Below are positions 48,293 to 61,499 of a stretch of DNA of 64,000 bases, one piece after another. Source of the DNA: Asterias rubens (taxonomy: Eukaryota); contig NC_047076.1 in the NCBI RefSeq assembly GCF_902459465.1, positions 13,268,001 to 13,332,000 on the forward strand, read 5' to 3'. The position numbers and the translations under genes are program-made. Every line of letters begins with the position of its first letter. Position 1 is the stretch's first letter. The notes below the pieces were generated by a model. The model did not search any database. It saw nothing but the letters and a program-made list of their open reading frames with translations, and was not told where the DNA came from.

Positions 48293-51200
48293 GGATGTCA
48301 AGTCAGTTTGGCTCTTTTTCTTGGTCAATGTGAAACAGATTTCGGGTCACATTGACACAGAAAGGTGTTAGGTCACGGAGCCAAAATCCGTATCAATTCT
48401 AACCCGGAATGTTTTAAGTGTACTCTTGCCACGACTGAGACCACAACATTACCTATAGAGATGATCAAACTGGATCAAACTGCTCGTTAAATCAAACATT
48501 ATTTAAAACATTATTAAAACTGAAAACGCCAGATGTCAATGTTGTTGCAGAATTTTTCAAAAGTGGGTCTAAAAATAGAGTCATACTCTTTTATACACGA
48601 CCGGCCAACAGTATGAATAAAATGCTTCCCCAGTCCACTGTAAACCACTTTATCTTGATTGCTTGACCAACTGCCGTACATTTGATCTCATCATTTTATC
48701 ATGCTATGACCAAGAGGATACTATGAGTTGAGTTGAGCTCAAGGTTCAAGAGTGGATGATAATGAGCGTGTCTGTGAGTGAAGGGTGATGGGGGAGTAGA
48801 GAGCGACGGGCCCCACGAGCTAGCAGGCGTCATCATGGTGATGGTAACCGCACTCAATGGCGTCAAGTCCACGTTTCAATTTCCAGTCACTCTTTGCATT
48901 CATTTAACTGGTTAGAGGCACTAGACACCTTTGGTAATCGTCGAAGACCTGGGCCCAATTTCATAGAGCTGCTTAAGCACAAAATTTTGCTTAAGCAAAA
49001 AAAAAATTGCTTAGTAAAGTCAGATTACCGGCCAAGAATTCACTCAATTGTTATTCTAAGTAAACAACAGCTAAATACCAGTCACAAGCAATGTATATGG
49101 CATGACATTTTGGCCAGTAACGTGTGTAAAATAAGCGAGCTATTTTTGTGCTCATGCAATTTTTTTTGCTTAAGCAGCTCTATGGAATTGGTCCCAGTAT
49201 TCTCACTTGGTGTGTTTTAACATAAGCATAAAATAACCTGTGAAAATTTGGGCTCAATTGGTCATCGAATTTGCAAGACAATTAAAGCAAAGAAAGTAGT
49301 ACTGTGAGTGCTTTCAGATGCATAGTAGCAGGCTTCAGACACTTTTTATTATTATTTTTTGTCTAACAATTTTGTTGTTGTCTAACAATTATTTTGAGTA
49401 ATATCCGATAGTGTCCAGTGGCTTTAAAGCAATTGCACAACATCGGTAAACAGTATTGTCCAAAGGCCCACACTTTGTGTATCACAACTTATATATAAAA
49501 TAAATAACCTATGCAAATTTAGACTCAATCGGTCATCGGAGTATGGAATAATGTTTCAAGGGAAGTCTTTCACCTACCTTCTGTAAACCCTGTAAGTTAT
49601 TTGTTAATCTGTGAACTTTAAAGTTTTGTTCTGTTTAGAAAGTATCCAATGGCTTTAAAGAGCTGTGAGGATGGTAGGATTTGATTAGAAAAGTAGGATT
49701 TCTTAAGAAAGACTAGCTCCAGTTTGGTTTTGGTTAATTAGTAACTTTTCTAGTGTTCAAAACTCGAGTACCTGATGCCAGGATATTTGCATAGACTCGC
49801 TCCCATTATGTACTTGAAATTGTGCGATATTGATATCAAAATGTAATAGCAAATAGCTTGGTATCACCAAAGGGCAATTTATCCATGGTATCACTAATAT
49901 TAAATGATTAAAACATACCTGGTATAGCTTTCTCTTTAAAGGCAGTGGACACTATTGGTACTTGTCAAAGACTAGCCTTCACAGTTAACTGGTGTATCTC
50001 AACATATGCATAAAATAACTAACCTGTGAAAATTTGAGCTCAATCGGTCATCGAACTTGCAAGATAATAATAAAAAAAAAAAAAAACCCTTGTTACACGA
50101 AGTTGTGTGCGTTTAGATGGTTGATTTCGAGACCTCAAGTTCTAAACTTGAGGTCTTTAAATCAAATTCGTGGAAAATTACTTCTTTCCATCAACCTCTC
50201 CCCATTACTTGTCACCAAGAAAGGTTTTATGCTGAAAATTATTTTGAGTAATTAGCAATAGTGTCCACTGCCTTTAATGACATCATCATGATCATCAGAA
50301 CCAACCAATAGGAAACCACCCATGACCTCACCACGTGATGTCTCAACTAACTAACTGCATTAATGGTGACATCACGAGCAGAATTAGCCAATCAGCACAT
50401 ACCATAATTGCAACGTCACGGATTGATCAACCACTCACCGTCGCAGAACTCACACTTACAAGATGTGGGAGCATTATTAACCACGATCATGCTATACCCC
50501 CTTCTCTGCATGCACGTCTCTAAGACGACAGCTTTTTTTAAGCATTTACTGCTTCATTTCGTTTCTGAGACAGCCTCGACACCCGGTGCTAACAAAACGT
50601 CACCCAGCAAGAAGCAGCAAACACGACGTTCAAGCGATCAAGTCTTTGCATGAGAGTTTTGAACCGACACTAGTCTATAGACGGTAAACTACACAGCTCT
50701 TTATCACCCATCAACCACCACAACTTGTCTCTGGATAAACTTGAGTTGATTCTTGCGTTAAAGCAAATCTTACCAACTCCAAATCGTGCCGAAAAACAAT
50801 CTCTGATTGCTGTAGATTCTTGACTTCATCTTCGACTAACATCCTTTTAAGTTGTTAGTTTCCTCTGCACAAATTGCCGGAATATACGATTTCGTATTTG
50901 CTTCTCGTGTCAATTTTTCAAAGTCAACTTTACTCCATTTTCAACTGGACCGCATGAACGTTTGATGACGGTCGTTGACGAAGTGTCACGGAGAACATAT
51001 TTACTCAAGTGGTTTGAATATTTACCTACTGTCGGGTGTATACGCGTTTTAATGGAAAAGCGCGAGAAATGCAGTCAGCGCTCATAATGGAGTTTTTTAA
51101 TACTTACATCATCAACACAACTTCATCTGAATGGCTGAATTACATCACGTGTTGTACTACTTAGTCGTTGATTGGTTCACTTCAAACACGTGTTTTGGTT

Positions 51201-51799
51201 TTCACAAACATCTCCAATTCCTTGATCTGTGCTCCTACGAAGCCATGTAGTGTGCAAACCACAACGTCAATGCTCACTGAAGTAACTCGTGCCTTAGATC
51301 TCATCGAAGAATAAAAATCTGCGAGTGTTTATTAAGAGTAAACATCGAGTCTGATTGTCTGAACGTCACGGTACTCCGCCCGGACCTGAGTGGTTTTTTA
51401 CGGGGAGGATTTTCCACTCCGTGCGCTGGGCTGACTTCATGACGCCGTACTTGTTAAAACAACCATTCTCGTATTAGTTAAAACAACCCCTTCGTTTATA
51501 CAGCAGAGGTATTGTCTACACAAGATCGCAAACTGCTTTCTCGTAAGAGGTATTCTTCTCTCAACAAGAAATTTCTTTACTTCAAGTGGAGGATGGAAAA
51601 CTAACACTCACATCGATGTGAAATCTCAACACAATTTGGACATCATTTTGAAATCAATACTGGAATGACTGTTTGGCTTAAATTGAAACATGATATAAGA
51701 GATAGGGTGATTGTTCAACTCAAAGTGAACAAATAACTGGGTTTTCGAGCCTGTTACCACTCGAATGCAAGAGCAAAACGACACAAGTGAACAGTTAAC

Positions 51800-52385
51800 C
51801 AACTGGAAACCATCTACTTGTAGGATTCGAACTCCAGACGTTTGTGTAAGGATCGCAAGAGATTGAATAATTGGAAAACTGAAAGCGTTAACAGCCAATA
51901 ATCACACAAGCTGTATATTGGGATTCGAACCTGTAAACCATTGGTTGGAAGATTGCTAAACGAGACAACGTTGTGACCAGTGAGATAACTGAAAACCATC
52001 TACTGGTAGGATTCGAACTCCAGACCTTTGTGTATAGGGGACGCAAGAGATTGAGTAATTTGTCAACTCAAAGCTTTAACATCCAATAATTAAACATAAA
52101 CTGTATCTCTGTGGATTCGAACCTGTAACCCACAGATTGCAAGATCTAAACGACACAAGTGATTAGTTGGTCAACTGGAAACCATGATTCCAACTCCAGA
52201 CCTTTGTGTACGGATCGCAAAAGATTAATTAATTGGAAAACTGAAAACGATAATAGCCAATAATTGCTCATGAACAACAAGTATCTGAGGATTCGAACCT
52301 GTAATTCCTAGATTGCAAGATCTTAACTAGACAAGTGGTCAGTTGGATAACTGAAAACCATCTACTGGTAGGATTCGAACCAACC
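51800..52385 (-). repeat. ~185-bp composite tandem repeat carrying six intact Pol III B boxes (GTTCGAATCC on the minus strand)
   Basis: GGATTCGAAC at 51823, 51921, 52009, 52113, 52289 and 52371, plus a degenerate copy at ~52186. Confidence 0.85.
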
Positions 52386-52418
52386 TTTCTGGAGGTAACT
52401 TGATCTAAACGGCTGGAG

Positions 52419-53459
52419 ATGGAGACTAACACCTCAGAAACGATAACAGAATGGGCTTCTAACTACCGATGGGATGCTATTATTGTGCTGCAGTTTTTAG
52501 CAGCCATTACAGGCGTCTTTGGTAACTTTTTGGTGATAGTCGTTTACGTTTACCGCCAACGTATGAGGAACACCACCAATGCTTTCATTGTGAATCTTGC
52601 AGTTGCCGATTTGATTACATCGTTGTTGATAATACCCTTACCAAGGTATTCTAACATTCCACAGTCTTGGCATGGACGAATGTACTGTAAACTGATTTTC
52701 AGTTCCGTATTCATGTGGACTTCTATAGTGGCGTCACTTTTAACACTGACTTTGGTGTCTTTGGAGCGGTATTGCGCCGTGGTGCATCCAGTGAGATACC
52801 GGGTGATTTTTTCCAAGAGGAGACCTAAAATCATCATTGGTTGTACGTGGTTAAGTGCTTTGATTATAAACACATTCCAACTGTATGTTGTTGATCTTAA
52901 AGATGGAATGTGTCAGAATGTATGGCCAAGTGTTGGTTTTCGGTATTTTATTGCTACATCAGTTTACATTTTTGAGTTTTTCGCGCCAATGATAGTGATG
53001 CTTACTGCTAACATTATTACGGTACGGACTCTGAAGACCCAAGCAAGGGCTCTTCTTGCACGGGACCAATCGCGCTTTAGCCCGGCGTACTCACTCCTCG
53101 AAGCACGCAAGAAAGTCATTGAACTCCTGTTCATAGTCGTGATCACTTTCATCATTTGCTGGGCACCCGATCAATTCGCTTTCTTTATCTATCATTTCGG
53201 TGTAGTTCCTGAGACCTACCTTGACGGGATTTTGTATAGGTTGTTTGTTCTCCTCGCCTTTGCCAATTCGTGTTTGAACCCCATCATCTACGCGTTCAAA
53301 AATAAACATTTCAGGCATGGTTTTATGAATATGTTTCGAGGAAGAGGCAATCGAGTCGGGAGTAACGCTGAGTCGGTCGCAGCAGATGAAGAATTCAATA
53401 CACCGAACGCAGTGTTACGGACAGCCCGAACGAAAGCTGTTTCTACCGTGCAACGATGA
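52419..53459 (+). CDS. Intronless rhodopsin-like (class A) GPCR, galanin/allatostatin-A-receptor-like orphan type, 346 aa
   Basis: Seven hydrophobic segments with GN (TM1), NLAVADL (TM2), ERY (TM3), CWAP (TM6), NSCLNPIIY (TM7) and an N-terminal NTS sequon. Confidence 0.95.
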   Translation: METNTSETITEWASNYRWDAIIVLQFLAAITGVFGNFLVIVVYVYRQRMRNTTNAFIVNLAVADLITSLLIIPLPRYSNIPQSWHGRMYCKLIFSSVFMWTSIVASLLTLTLVSLERYCAVVHPVRYRVIFSKRRPKIIIGCTWLSALIINTFQLYVVDLKDGMCQNVWPSVGFRYFIATSVYIFEFFAPMIVMLTANIITVRTLKTQARALLARDQSRFSPAYSLLEARKKVIELLFIVVITFIICWAPDQFAFFIYHFGVVPETYLDGILYRLFVLLAFANSCLNPIIYAFKNKHFRHGFMNMFRGRGNRVGSNAESVAADEEFNTPNAVLRTARTKAVSTVQR

Positions 53460-56400
53460 TTCCGTTACCCGTAAATCGGCTCGGATCTACCCAAGAAAGG
53501 GAGACGAGACGCCATGACAGGTGATGGGTTCACAACTAAACTTGGACTGGTTGATGGTCGTATACAATGATAATTCCGTTATCAGTTTGGTGGGAATCAG
53601 ATGTTGAGCAGAGAGAAACAGAGTCTGTCTTAAAATTAACTTCGTTCGCATTATGTAGGATTTTCATTTAGCATTGATTTCAAACCATCTTTCAAATGCT
53701 CTTAGCCAATCCTAGATCCGAGATATTAGTCCTTACCAATACCAATTTACACGATAATTTAAACTTCTTAGCAGTTATTATTGGCAGTAGGTAACAATAT
53801 TTTAATATCCCGTGTACCAACTATACATACGTAATCTTTCCCGTGTCAATATTAATAATAGAGGTAGACTGTTTATTTTGTTGATAAAACGCATAACTGA
53901 ATTTTTATAAGAAATTAGTTAATATAATGAAACTTTAATAAGATAAAAAACTCAAAATCCTTTATGCCTGAATGTGGTTGGACATCAAAGTCAATGTTTG
54001 ACACACACTCGCCAAAATCGGTTGATCGGTTGTAAGATGACAGGTTTACATGAACTTGTTTCGAAGAAATTAATTAGAGAGACACAGATGTACAAACTGT
54101 TTGTCCGACTCAACGACTAAAGGTTAGAACAGCAAGCCGTATGGAGCCTTGGCTCGATTTCCCAAAGAGCTATTAAATTGAGTTGCCAGACTTTGTAGTG
54201 ATTTGCATTGTAACAACACACTTTGCTTGGCAATTAAGGTTGATACGATAAGCCCAATCCGGCGTTTCGAAAAGGCCATTGACGGAGCCCCCGAGCCGCT
54301 GGATTCAGACACGGGCTACATTTGCTGTGATTCATTAAGACCGTGCTAATGTGTAGCCCTTTTACACTACACCAATTAGCAAGGGTTCCTTGGAATTACT
54401 TTAGCATGGTTGGGAAATTGCTCATCGTGTAAAAGGATTAAAATGTTTACACTGTCCAAAACGCATTGCACATTTGAGAAGATTGCACTAGGGTAATTGG
54501 ACAATCCAAACGCTATACTTGTCCTTTCACACAAAGTGCAATTTGTAACAAATATCACAACCATGCTCAAATTAAGCAAGGAATCCCTGCTAATTGCTGG
54601 GAATGTGCAAACGGGGTAATGTACATACTCCATTATATCCATCACATCTCCGTGTGTAGAAATCCATAAAAGACATGTACGCGTATACTGTTCCCCCATT
54701 TCCCTACGCATGGATCAAATGTGACATAGACCAAAACGATAGGAGTCTAATTTGATTAAGCGGCAATGGACCCTTTCTATCAATCTTGCCCCATGCAGGA
54801 TTGACAAATGAGAGAACCGATAAAATCTAGAAAATATTTAACTCTTTGAGTTTCTAACCAACCTACTCGACAAAATCGCCCTAGTTACATTAGACGACGA
54901 CTGTTTCCTAGCTATAAGTTATTCTATCTGACCTATTAATAAATAGAGTCATTTGATCAACTTTCATTCTCACTTGAATGTTTTAAACCCACATAACTCA
55001 CTCACCAACGTAGAAATCTATGTTCAGATTTCTAAATCCAATCCAAAGCTTAAATCTCAACAACTAGGGGCAATCATTTATCTATAAATCATTCCAATTT
55101 GACATTTTAGAGTTTGGCTACTAGCCTAGAAACCTCGCTGTGTATCAATTTATAATGTCGAGGCGTTTGACACCCAAACACTTGATACTAAGACGAAAGT
55201 CACCCTAAAAAATTTAGAATTCCCTGAGGGGTGATTGATGTTTACGTTTACCATGCCAACTTGTTAGCTTCGATATTAAGTGAGATGTTCTATAGCTGAG
55301 AACGCCCTCTCTTGCTCCAAGCTTTGTCAAGCAAGACCCGTCAATAATTATTATAGTCTCGTAAGACGGTGTTAATCTTGAAGTATACTTTATTGCATTG
55401 AATTGTCGTCCTGTAAAGGCAGTGAACACTATTGGTAATTACTCAAAATAATTATGAGCACAAAACTTTACTTGGTAACGAGTAACGGGGAGGGGTTGAT
55501 AGTATAACACACTGTGAGAATCGGCTCCCTCTGAAGTGATGTAGTTTTCGAGAAAGAAGTAATTGGCATCGAAATTTGATTTTCGAGACCTAAGATTTAC
55601 AATTTGAGGTCTCGAAATCAAGCATCAGAAAGCGCACAACTCCGTGTGACAATGGCGTGTTTTCTTTGGTTACCGATTGAGCTCAAATTTTCACAGGTTT
55701 GTTATGTTATGCATAATGTTGGGATACACCAAGTGAGAAGACTGGTCTTCGAAAATTACCAATAGTGTTCAGTGTCTGTAAAGTCTTACTGAGGGTATAC
55801 CTTTATATCCTTATGTTCACAGAGGCAGCTATTGATGTATAGTCTGTAGTGTTTTATATGGTCGTCATCTTTGTTGTATATTATGACAACCTCGTCAGGG
55901 ATGACAAATTACCCAACGATATAAAAAATGTCAACATTTTACCCCCCCCCCACCCTGCACCATAATACAAGTATTACCTTTTGACTTAATGAACCCAAAT
56001 CCATTTATTTAAGGGACACGTGGCTTTGGACTTAAACACTTGACTTAACAAAATGGCATGTAGGTTTAGTTCACGATGTACAAGAAAAACCATACAATTT
56101 CGAGTCTACTTTCAAATCTTTCTAACCATATGCATGTATGGTTCCAAACGATGTTGATAGACAAACTCGTCCGATCCAAGGCAAAGTGTCACTTTAAATT
56201 GTTTGATTATTTGAACAAAAGCTTGATCATTCAAAAAAATATAAATTATATTATAACAAATGTATGAAATGTATTGGATACAGCGTGTAGGCCTTCATGA
56301 CTGTAAGAGCTAATTAAAGACAGTGGACACTATTGGTAATTGTCACAAATTAGTCTTCTCACTTGGTGTATCTCAACATATGCATAAATTAACAAACCTG

Positions 56401-57156
56401 TGAAAATTTGAGCTCAATCGGTCATCGAAGTTGCGAGATAACAATGAAAGAAAAACCAACCTTGTCACACGAAGTTCTGTGCGTTTAGACCTCAAGTTCT
56501 AAATCTGAGGTCTCGAAATTAAATTCGTGGAAAATTACTTCTTTCTCGAAAACTACGTCACTTCAGAGGGAGCGGTCTCTCACAATGTTTTATACTACCA
56601 ACCTCTCCCCATTACTCGTCCCCAAGTAAGGTTTTACGCTAATAATTATTTTGAGTAATTACCAATAGTGTCCACTGCCATTAACAATGACAAATGTTAG
56701 GATTCAGATGTTACATTTTTATTTGACACTGGTTAACTAATTGTAATGAAGTAGTTTATGTGACACATGCCTGTATGGGTAACTTTGAGGCAGTGCCTAG
56801 ACTAGTCTGCTATGTAGAAGTCATTATTGATTGTGAAATTATACACCAACAAGATGATTGATTAACTTTATTACAAATAATTCAATTAATGTTACAAATG
56901 AAACGTCATTAAGATGCCGCTACTATTTCTCCCAGATTCCAAACACTTGCTTTTAACTTAATGCACTGTTGATTTTCAATAAAGTAAATCAGTTTCTAAA
57001 ATTAATCCTTTGGCTTGGATGGAAAACCGATTTTGTAATGTTCAACCATGACACATTTCGGTGTTGCTATTCAGTTCCTATAGCTGGTTTATAGCTACAA
57101 TATTCAGCACAAACAAAAATGGTAAAATGTTTCTATTTCTATAGACCTTGTGAACT

Positions 57157-57290
57157 AAGGCCGTGTCCGAAACGACGACTTCGGCTACAGCTACGTCTAG
57201 ATCAGCGCGTCTACCAGTGTTGAAGAATAGGCAGACGCGCGCGATCTAGCCGTAGCTCTAGCCGAAGTCGCCGTTTCGGACACGGCCTCA
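57157..57290. mobile_element. ~130-bp hairpin MITE, PIF/Harbinger-like
   Basis: Arms GGCCGTGTCCGAAAC..CGACTTCGGCTA / TAGCCGAAGTCG..GTTTCGGACACGGCC flanked by TAA/TCA triplets. Confidence 0.6.
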
Positions 57291-59755
57291 GTTTACAATA
57301 AGTGTGACCTTGTACATTCCTTGGGTATTTTGGCAGGCAAGATACTGCACAGGTCCATGGGAAAATTTACATTTTGTGTCATAATTTCCACATATAAATC
57401 CATGAATTATGAAAGTAACAGCTGGACAATTTTGAGATGTGCCACCTTTCTTTATACCAAAAGTTGATAAGAATTAGACAGTGCAATCTCCATAAAATAT
57501 AAGATTTTATGTTTTCTTCCATTGAGCTGTGTACAAATCGTGCCTGCAGGAAGTCCAGGCTTGGTGGCTCTTTTGTAGTGATGTCACAGGTTACATCGTC
57601 TATAAATAAACAATCAGTTTGCAAGTATTAAAAGATACGGAACAATAATAGCAATAAATAAATTACAAAGAGGAAGATGTTGGTTTAAATTGGTATTTTA
57701 TGAATACAAAGTGGTTTTTAACAAGTCTTGTTGTAAGACACTTTACGGACCCGGCACTTGACCCTTTTTGGTTAGAAAACTGTTGGGGCACATCGTTGGA
57801 ATTTAGTGGAGAATAATAAGGTTTAGGTCTACGTTTTTTTCGCCCCAAAGAATCAACGGCTATATGATTTAAACCCAGGCATTCTTTACATTTTATTTGC
57901 AGACAAAGTCAACTTACAATTGGCGTGTTTGCAAACATTTATTTTACAACATGTTAAACATGAAAGAGGAAATTAACTAACATTATTTTGTTTCGGATAG
58001 TATGTTTGGACGAGACGATCTAATACATTAATTAACCAGAATCAGAACACCGACAAATGAGAGGGATGACGTAATCCGTCCCTCCAATTAACAAAAGAAG
58101 GTTGTGCGACTTAAAGCCATTGGACACTTTCGGTAAACAGTATTGTCCAAGGCCCACACTTCGTGTATCACAACTTCTATATCAAATAACAAACCTGTGA
58201 AAATTAAGGCTCAATAAGTCATCGGAGTCGGGAGAAAATAACGGGAAAACCCACCCTTGTTTCAGCACGTTTCGCCGTGTCATGATATAGATTGTGTTTA
58301 AAATAAATCCGTAATTCTCGATATCTAGAATTGATATTGTTTAAATGTTTTCTCAAATAGTAAAGCATTTGTGCTCAAGAGAAGTCTTTCACCACCTTCT
58401 GTAAACCCTGTAAGTGGTTTGTAAATCTGTGAACTGTTTTTCTTTCAGTTTCTTAAGTGTTTAATGGCTTTAATGGTTTTACAGATTCAATAATGATGTC
58501 ATTGGATGAAGCTTTCAATATCTGTGTTTAGATTGGTCCAAGGTGCTGTTTGTCAGCTGCACTTTCGGTCGTCTGTATACAGCATCGTCCATACATGTAT
58601 ATGTAGCCTAACATTAATGTATAACGATGTTTTATATGTATACATGTACGTAGGATTTGACTGCGAATCTACATGTGAGATGAATGCGAGGTCAAGGTGC
58701 ATTTGGAAGGATCTTGACGTTACCCCAAGTGTGACGTGAGATGTTCAGGATAGGCACCACCACGTGCCACGCTCAGAAAGGCACGGTAAGTCATAGACAA
58801 CCCAATCTACAAACCATTGCCATGTTTTCTCGGGGTGTGTTCGATGAGCCTCCATGTGTCGACCCAAGGTAGGCACTCGGGTGAGCCCGTGACAAAAGCT
58901 AATTAAACGACCACACACAATTTCTCGTGGTGACGATGCACCTGGGGCCAGCCCAAAGTGGCCTGTTCCACACGTAGAGCTCACCCGGTCGGCCCCGTGC
59001 CCTGCTTGTGGAACGGGTCACTTGGGATGACGTCAGAGCTATTTGAACGTACCGGGGGCAGATTGGGCTCGACCCGGTGAAGCTAATCGAACGCACACGA
59101 CCCATAGCTAACCTTGAGTTTTACATGCCCTATGGAGCTTTTCTATATAGGGATAGCCATTGTAATTTACGAACATCGGCAGCCAGACTATTTCACTATC
59201 AACCTCATAATCGTTCAGATGTGTGAACGTAAAATAAAATGGCTATACGCCTTCTTTGAAGATACATAGAGCGAACTTTAGACGAACTTCTTCCCACTCA
59301 CCAAACTCTCCACCTAGTTAATTTCTTAAAATGTATTTGACTTTTGATGCGTGTTGTCAAACAGTCACAACGAACAGACACATCAAATAACGCGATAAAT
59401 CCCGTTTATTTACAAACCTCTCGTGGGTTAGTAGATCGGGCACATACAGTCACTTTTAATGAAAGTGTATTTTGAGCTGGAACTCCCCCCCCCCCCCCGC
59501 GCCAGCTGTGACTGCGAGATTATTAATTTATTGTGGCTTTCTAAAGTAGAGCGATGCTCTTCAAGCGAAGTTTGAAATGACTTGTTTTTATTTGACTTAT
59601 GATTGAGGCAATAGGTTGAACGTAAAGTGAGTTTCTTCAAATCCCAAGAGGGGCATCCAAATAATGACATATTATTGGAGGTTCGTATTATAGAGAGAGC
59701 ATGACACCCCACTCAACACAAAACCACTTTGCTCATTCGCGTCTGTCTCTACAAT

Positions 59756-59791
<36 letters not shown>

Positions 59792-61049
59792 TAGCCCATT
59801 TCAGGTCCGCCCCATGGGTTCCATAAAACAGAAAGCAATATTGACGCCTGTCTTCATGTTGGTTAGTCTTGATTTGCTACGCTGTTTTTTTGTATTAGTC
59901 ACCGATATAGATGGCACAACTCGACTTTTTAGAAGGTTGACTCAGAGGGATTTGTCAAGTCTATCTTAATCGAAACAGATTCGTTTTGAGCCAGATGTTT
60001 GTGTGATACCGATATATCTATTGTGTTGCGATGTTGGCAACTACGTTAACGAAACGAACGTCACAAAATCAAGTCTACACTTTGGTCCAACGTGGTAGGC
60101 CCTTTACGAAACTATGGCTTTGGCTCTGGAGTCGGCTTCAGGCTCCGTTATCTCGTCTGAAGCAGTATATACTCCAGTGTCATGACGATGACTAGAGCAA
60201 GCTAGTCGAAACGTTGAGACCAATTTCAGAACTGACTCCGCGGAAGTACAGTTAATTACGATCCTATAAGCTAAAGTAGTAGTCCAGTCTATTTTCTATA
60301 CTATCCGCCCTGGTTATAGTTAAAAAGCAGGACAGTTCTTTTCAGAACTGAGAAGTCTCCCGAAGCTCCAATTATCTACTCCGCGGCAGTAGAATAAAGC
60401 AAGACAGTTCCCTAAGAACAACTCTACCTGGCAAGTAGATACACACATGGTGTTACCGCAAACCAAAATATACATTGATACCTCACCATGCAATGCCTCA
60501 AATCCTATACTGCAGTAGTCTCACGCAATTCAGAATTCTCACGAGATAGTTACGAGATAGCCGTATCGTTATCAGCACGGCAACCATAAACGACTTGTCC
60601 ACAAGTCTAGTCTCCACCAATCACCCTCATTGCCCCATTAGTATAGATCCACCTCTAGTGCCATAAAACAGATGACCCCTGTCTTTACTTTGGTTCAGTG
60701 TGAACCCAAGCTATCTTTATAATGGATCGTGTTTGAAGTAACACACTAATCAATCTCAGCCTACGGTGCATTCCCTTATCACCAGGGTAAGATGCATCAG
60801 TGGTTGCTCCATCTAGTCTGTCGAGGAAACAGCAAACTGAGTTAGTGCTAAAAGGTTCGGTCACTGTGGCTTGGCGAACCCACTGGGTACTGAACTTTCT
60901 TGAAAGAATCATTTGGATACTTGAAAGACATCTTCGTGTTTATCTCTAGTATTTTTTAATCATGGTTTGCTCCTGGTGGTTGTGTTAATTGTTTCACCTT
61001 TTTGTGGTTTTTAGACTGCCTTGTCTCTATTTAGTGTTGTTTTTAAAAC

Positions 61050-61217
61050 NNNNNNNNNNNNNNNNNNNNNNNNNNNNNNNNNNNNNNNNNNNNNNNNNNN
61101 NNNNNNNNNNNNNNNNNNNNNNNNNNNNNNNNNNNNNNNNNNNNNNNNNNNNNNNNNNNNNNNNNNNNNNNNNNNNNNNNNNNNNNNNNNNNNNNNNNNN
61201 NNNNNNNNNNNNNNNNN
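61050..61217. other. Assembly gap (N run)
   Basis: Ns in the sequence. Confidence 1.
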
Positions 61218-61476
61218 AAAAGAAAGATCTCATTTTCCTTTGTGCCGGTAACTCCTCGAGCCGGGCTACGTCCCGTAGCCTTAGATCTCAAGGGTCTTTC
61301 TCAGGATCCTCGCTGTTCCCAAAAGCGCTGCCTTCTGTAATAGATCTACCCTCACATTTGTCCCTATTTCATCTAGATGTTTCCCCAGTGCTTTGGGAAT
61401 GGTGCCAAGTGCTCCAACCACCACGGGGACTACTTTTACCTTTACCTGCCAAATCTTACGAAGTTCCCTGGGCAGG
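61218..61476 (-). mobile_element. Second, 5'-truncated copy of the same R4-like element (3' end only)
   Basis: Near-identical to 61521-61776. It begins right after the (TAA)n tail of the main copy and runs into the gap. Confidence 0.75.
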
Positions 61477-61499
61477 GAATATTATTATTATTATTATTA

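Noticed and set aside
52550-53318. Antisense ORFs over the GPCR
   Set aside because: Shadow ORFs of the coding strand.
54124-54711. Two minus-strand ORFs (62 and 111 aa) downstream of the GPCR
   Set aside because: No recognisable motifs or consistent exon structure. They cannot be supported without a search.
44934-56684. Recurring ORFs such as MRDNNERKK..VVCFQML..SEVSKS
   Set aside because: Translations of the Kolobok-like MITE body. They are short, non-conserved in frame and have no transposase motifs.
59757-59790. ~33-nt poly-C run
   Set aside because: Simple homopolymer whose length is unreliable in assemblies. No functional evidence.
61464-61479. Apparent fold-back (TTCCCTG/CAGGGAA) at the 5' junction of the truncated retrotransposon copy
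   Set aside because: Most of the palindrome already exists in the parent element (CCTGGCCAGG). Only about 3 bases are extra, too few to claim snap-back priming.
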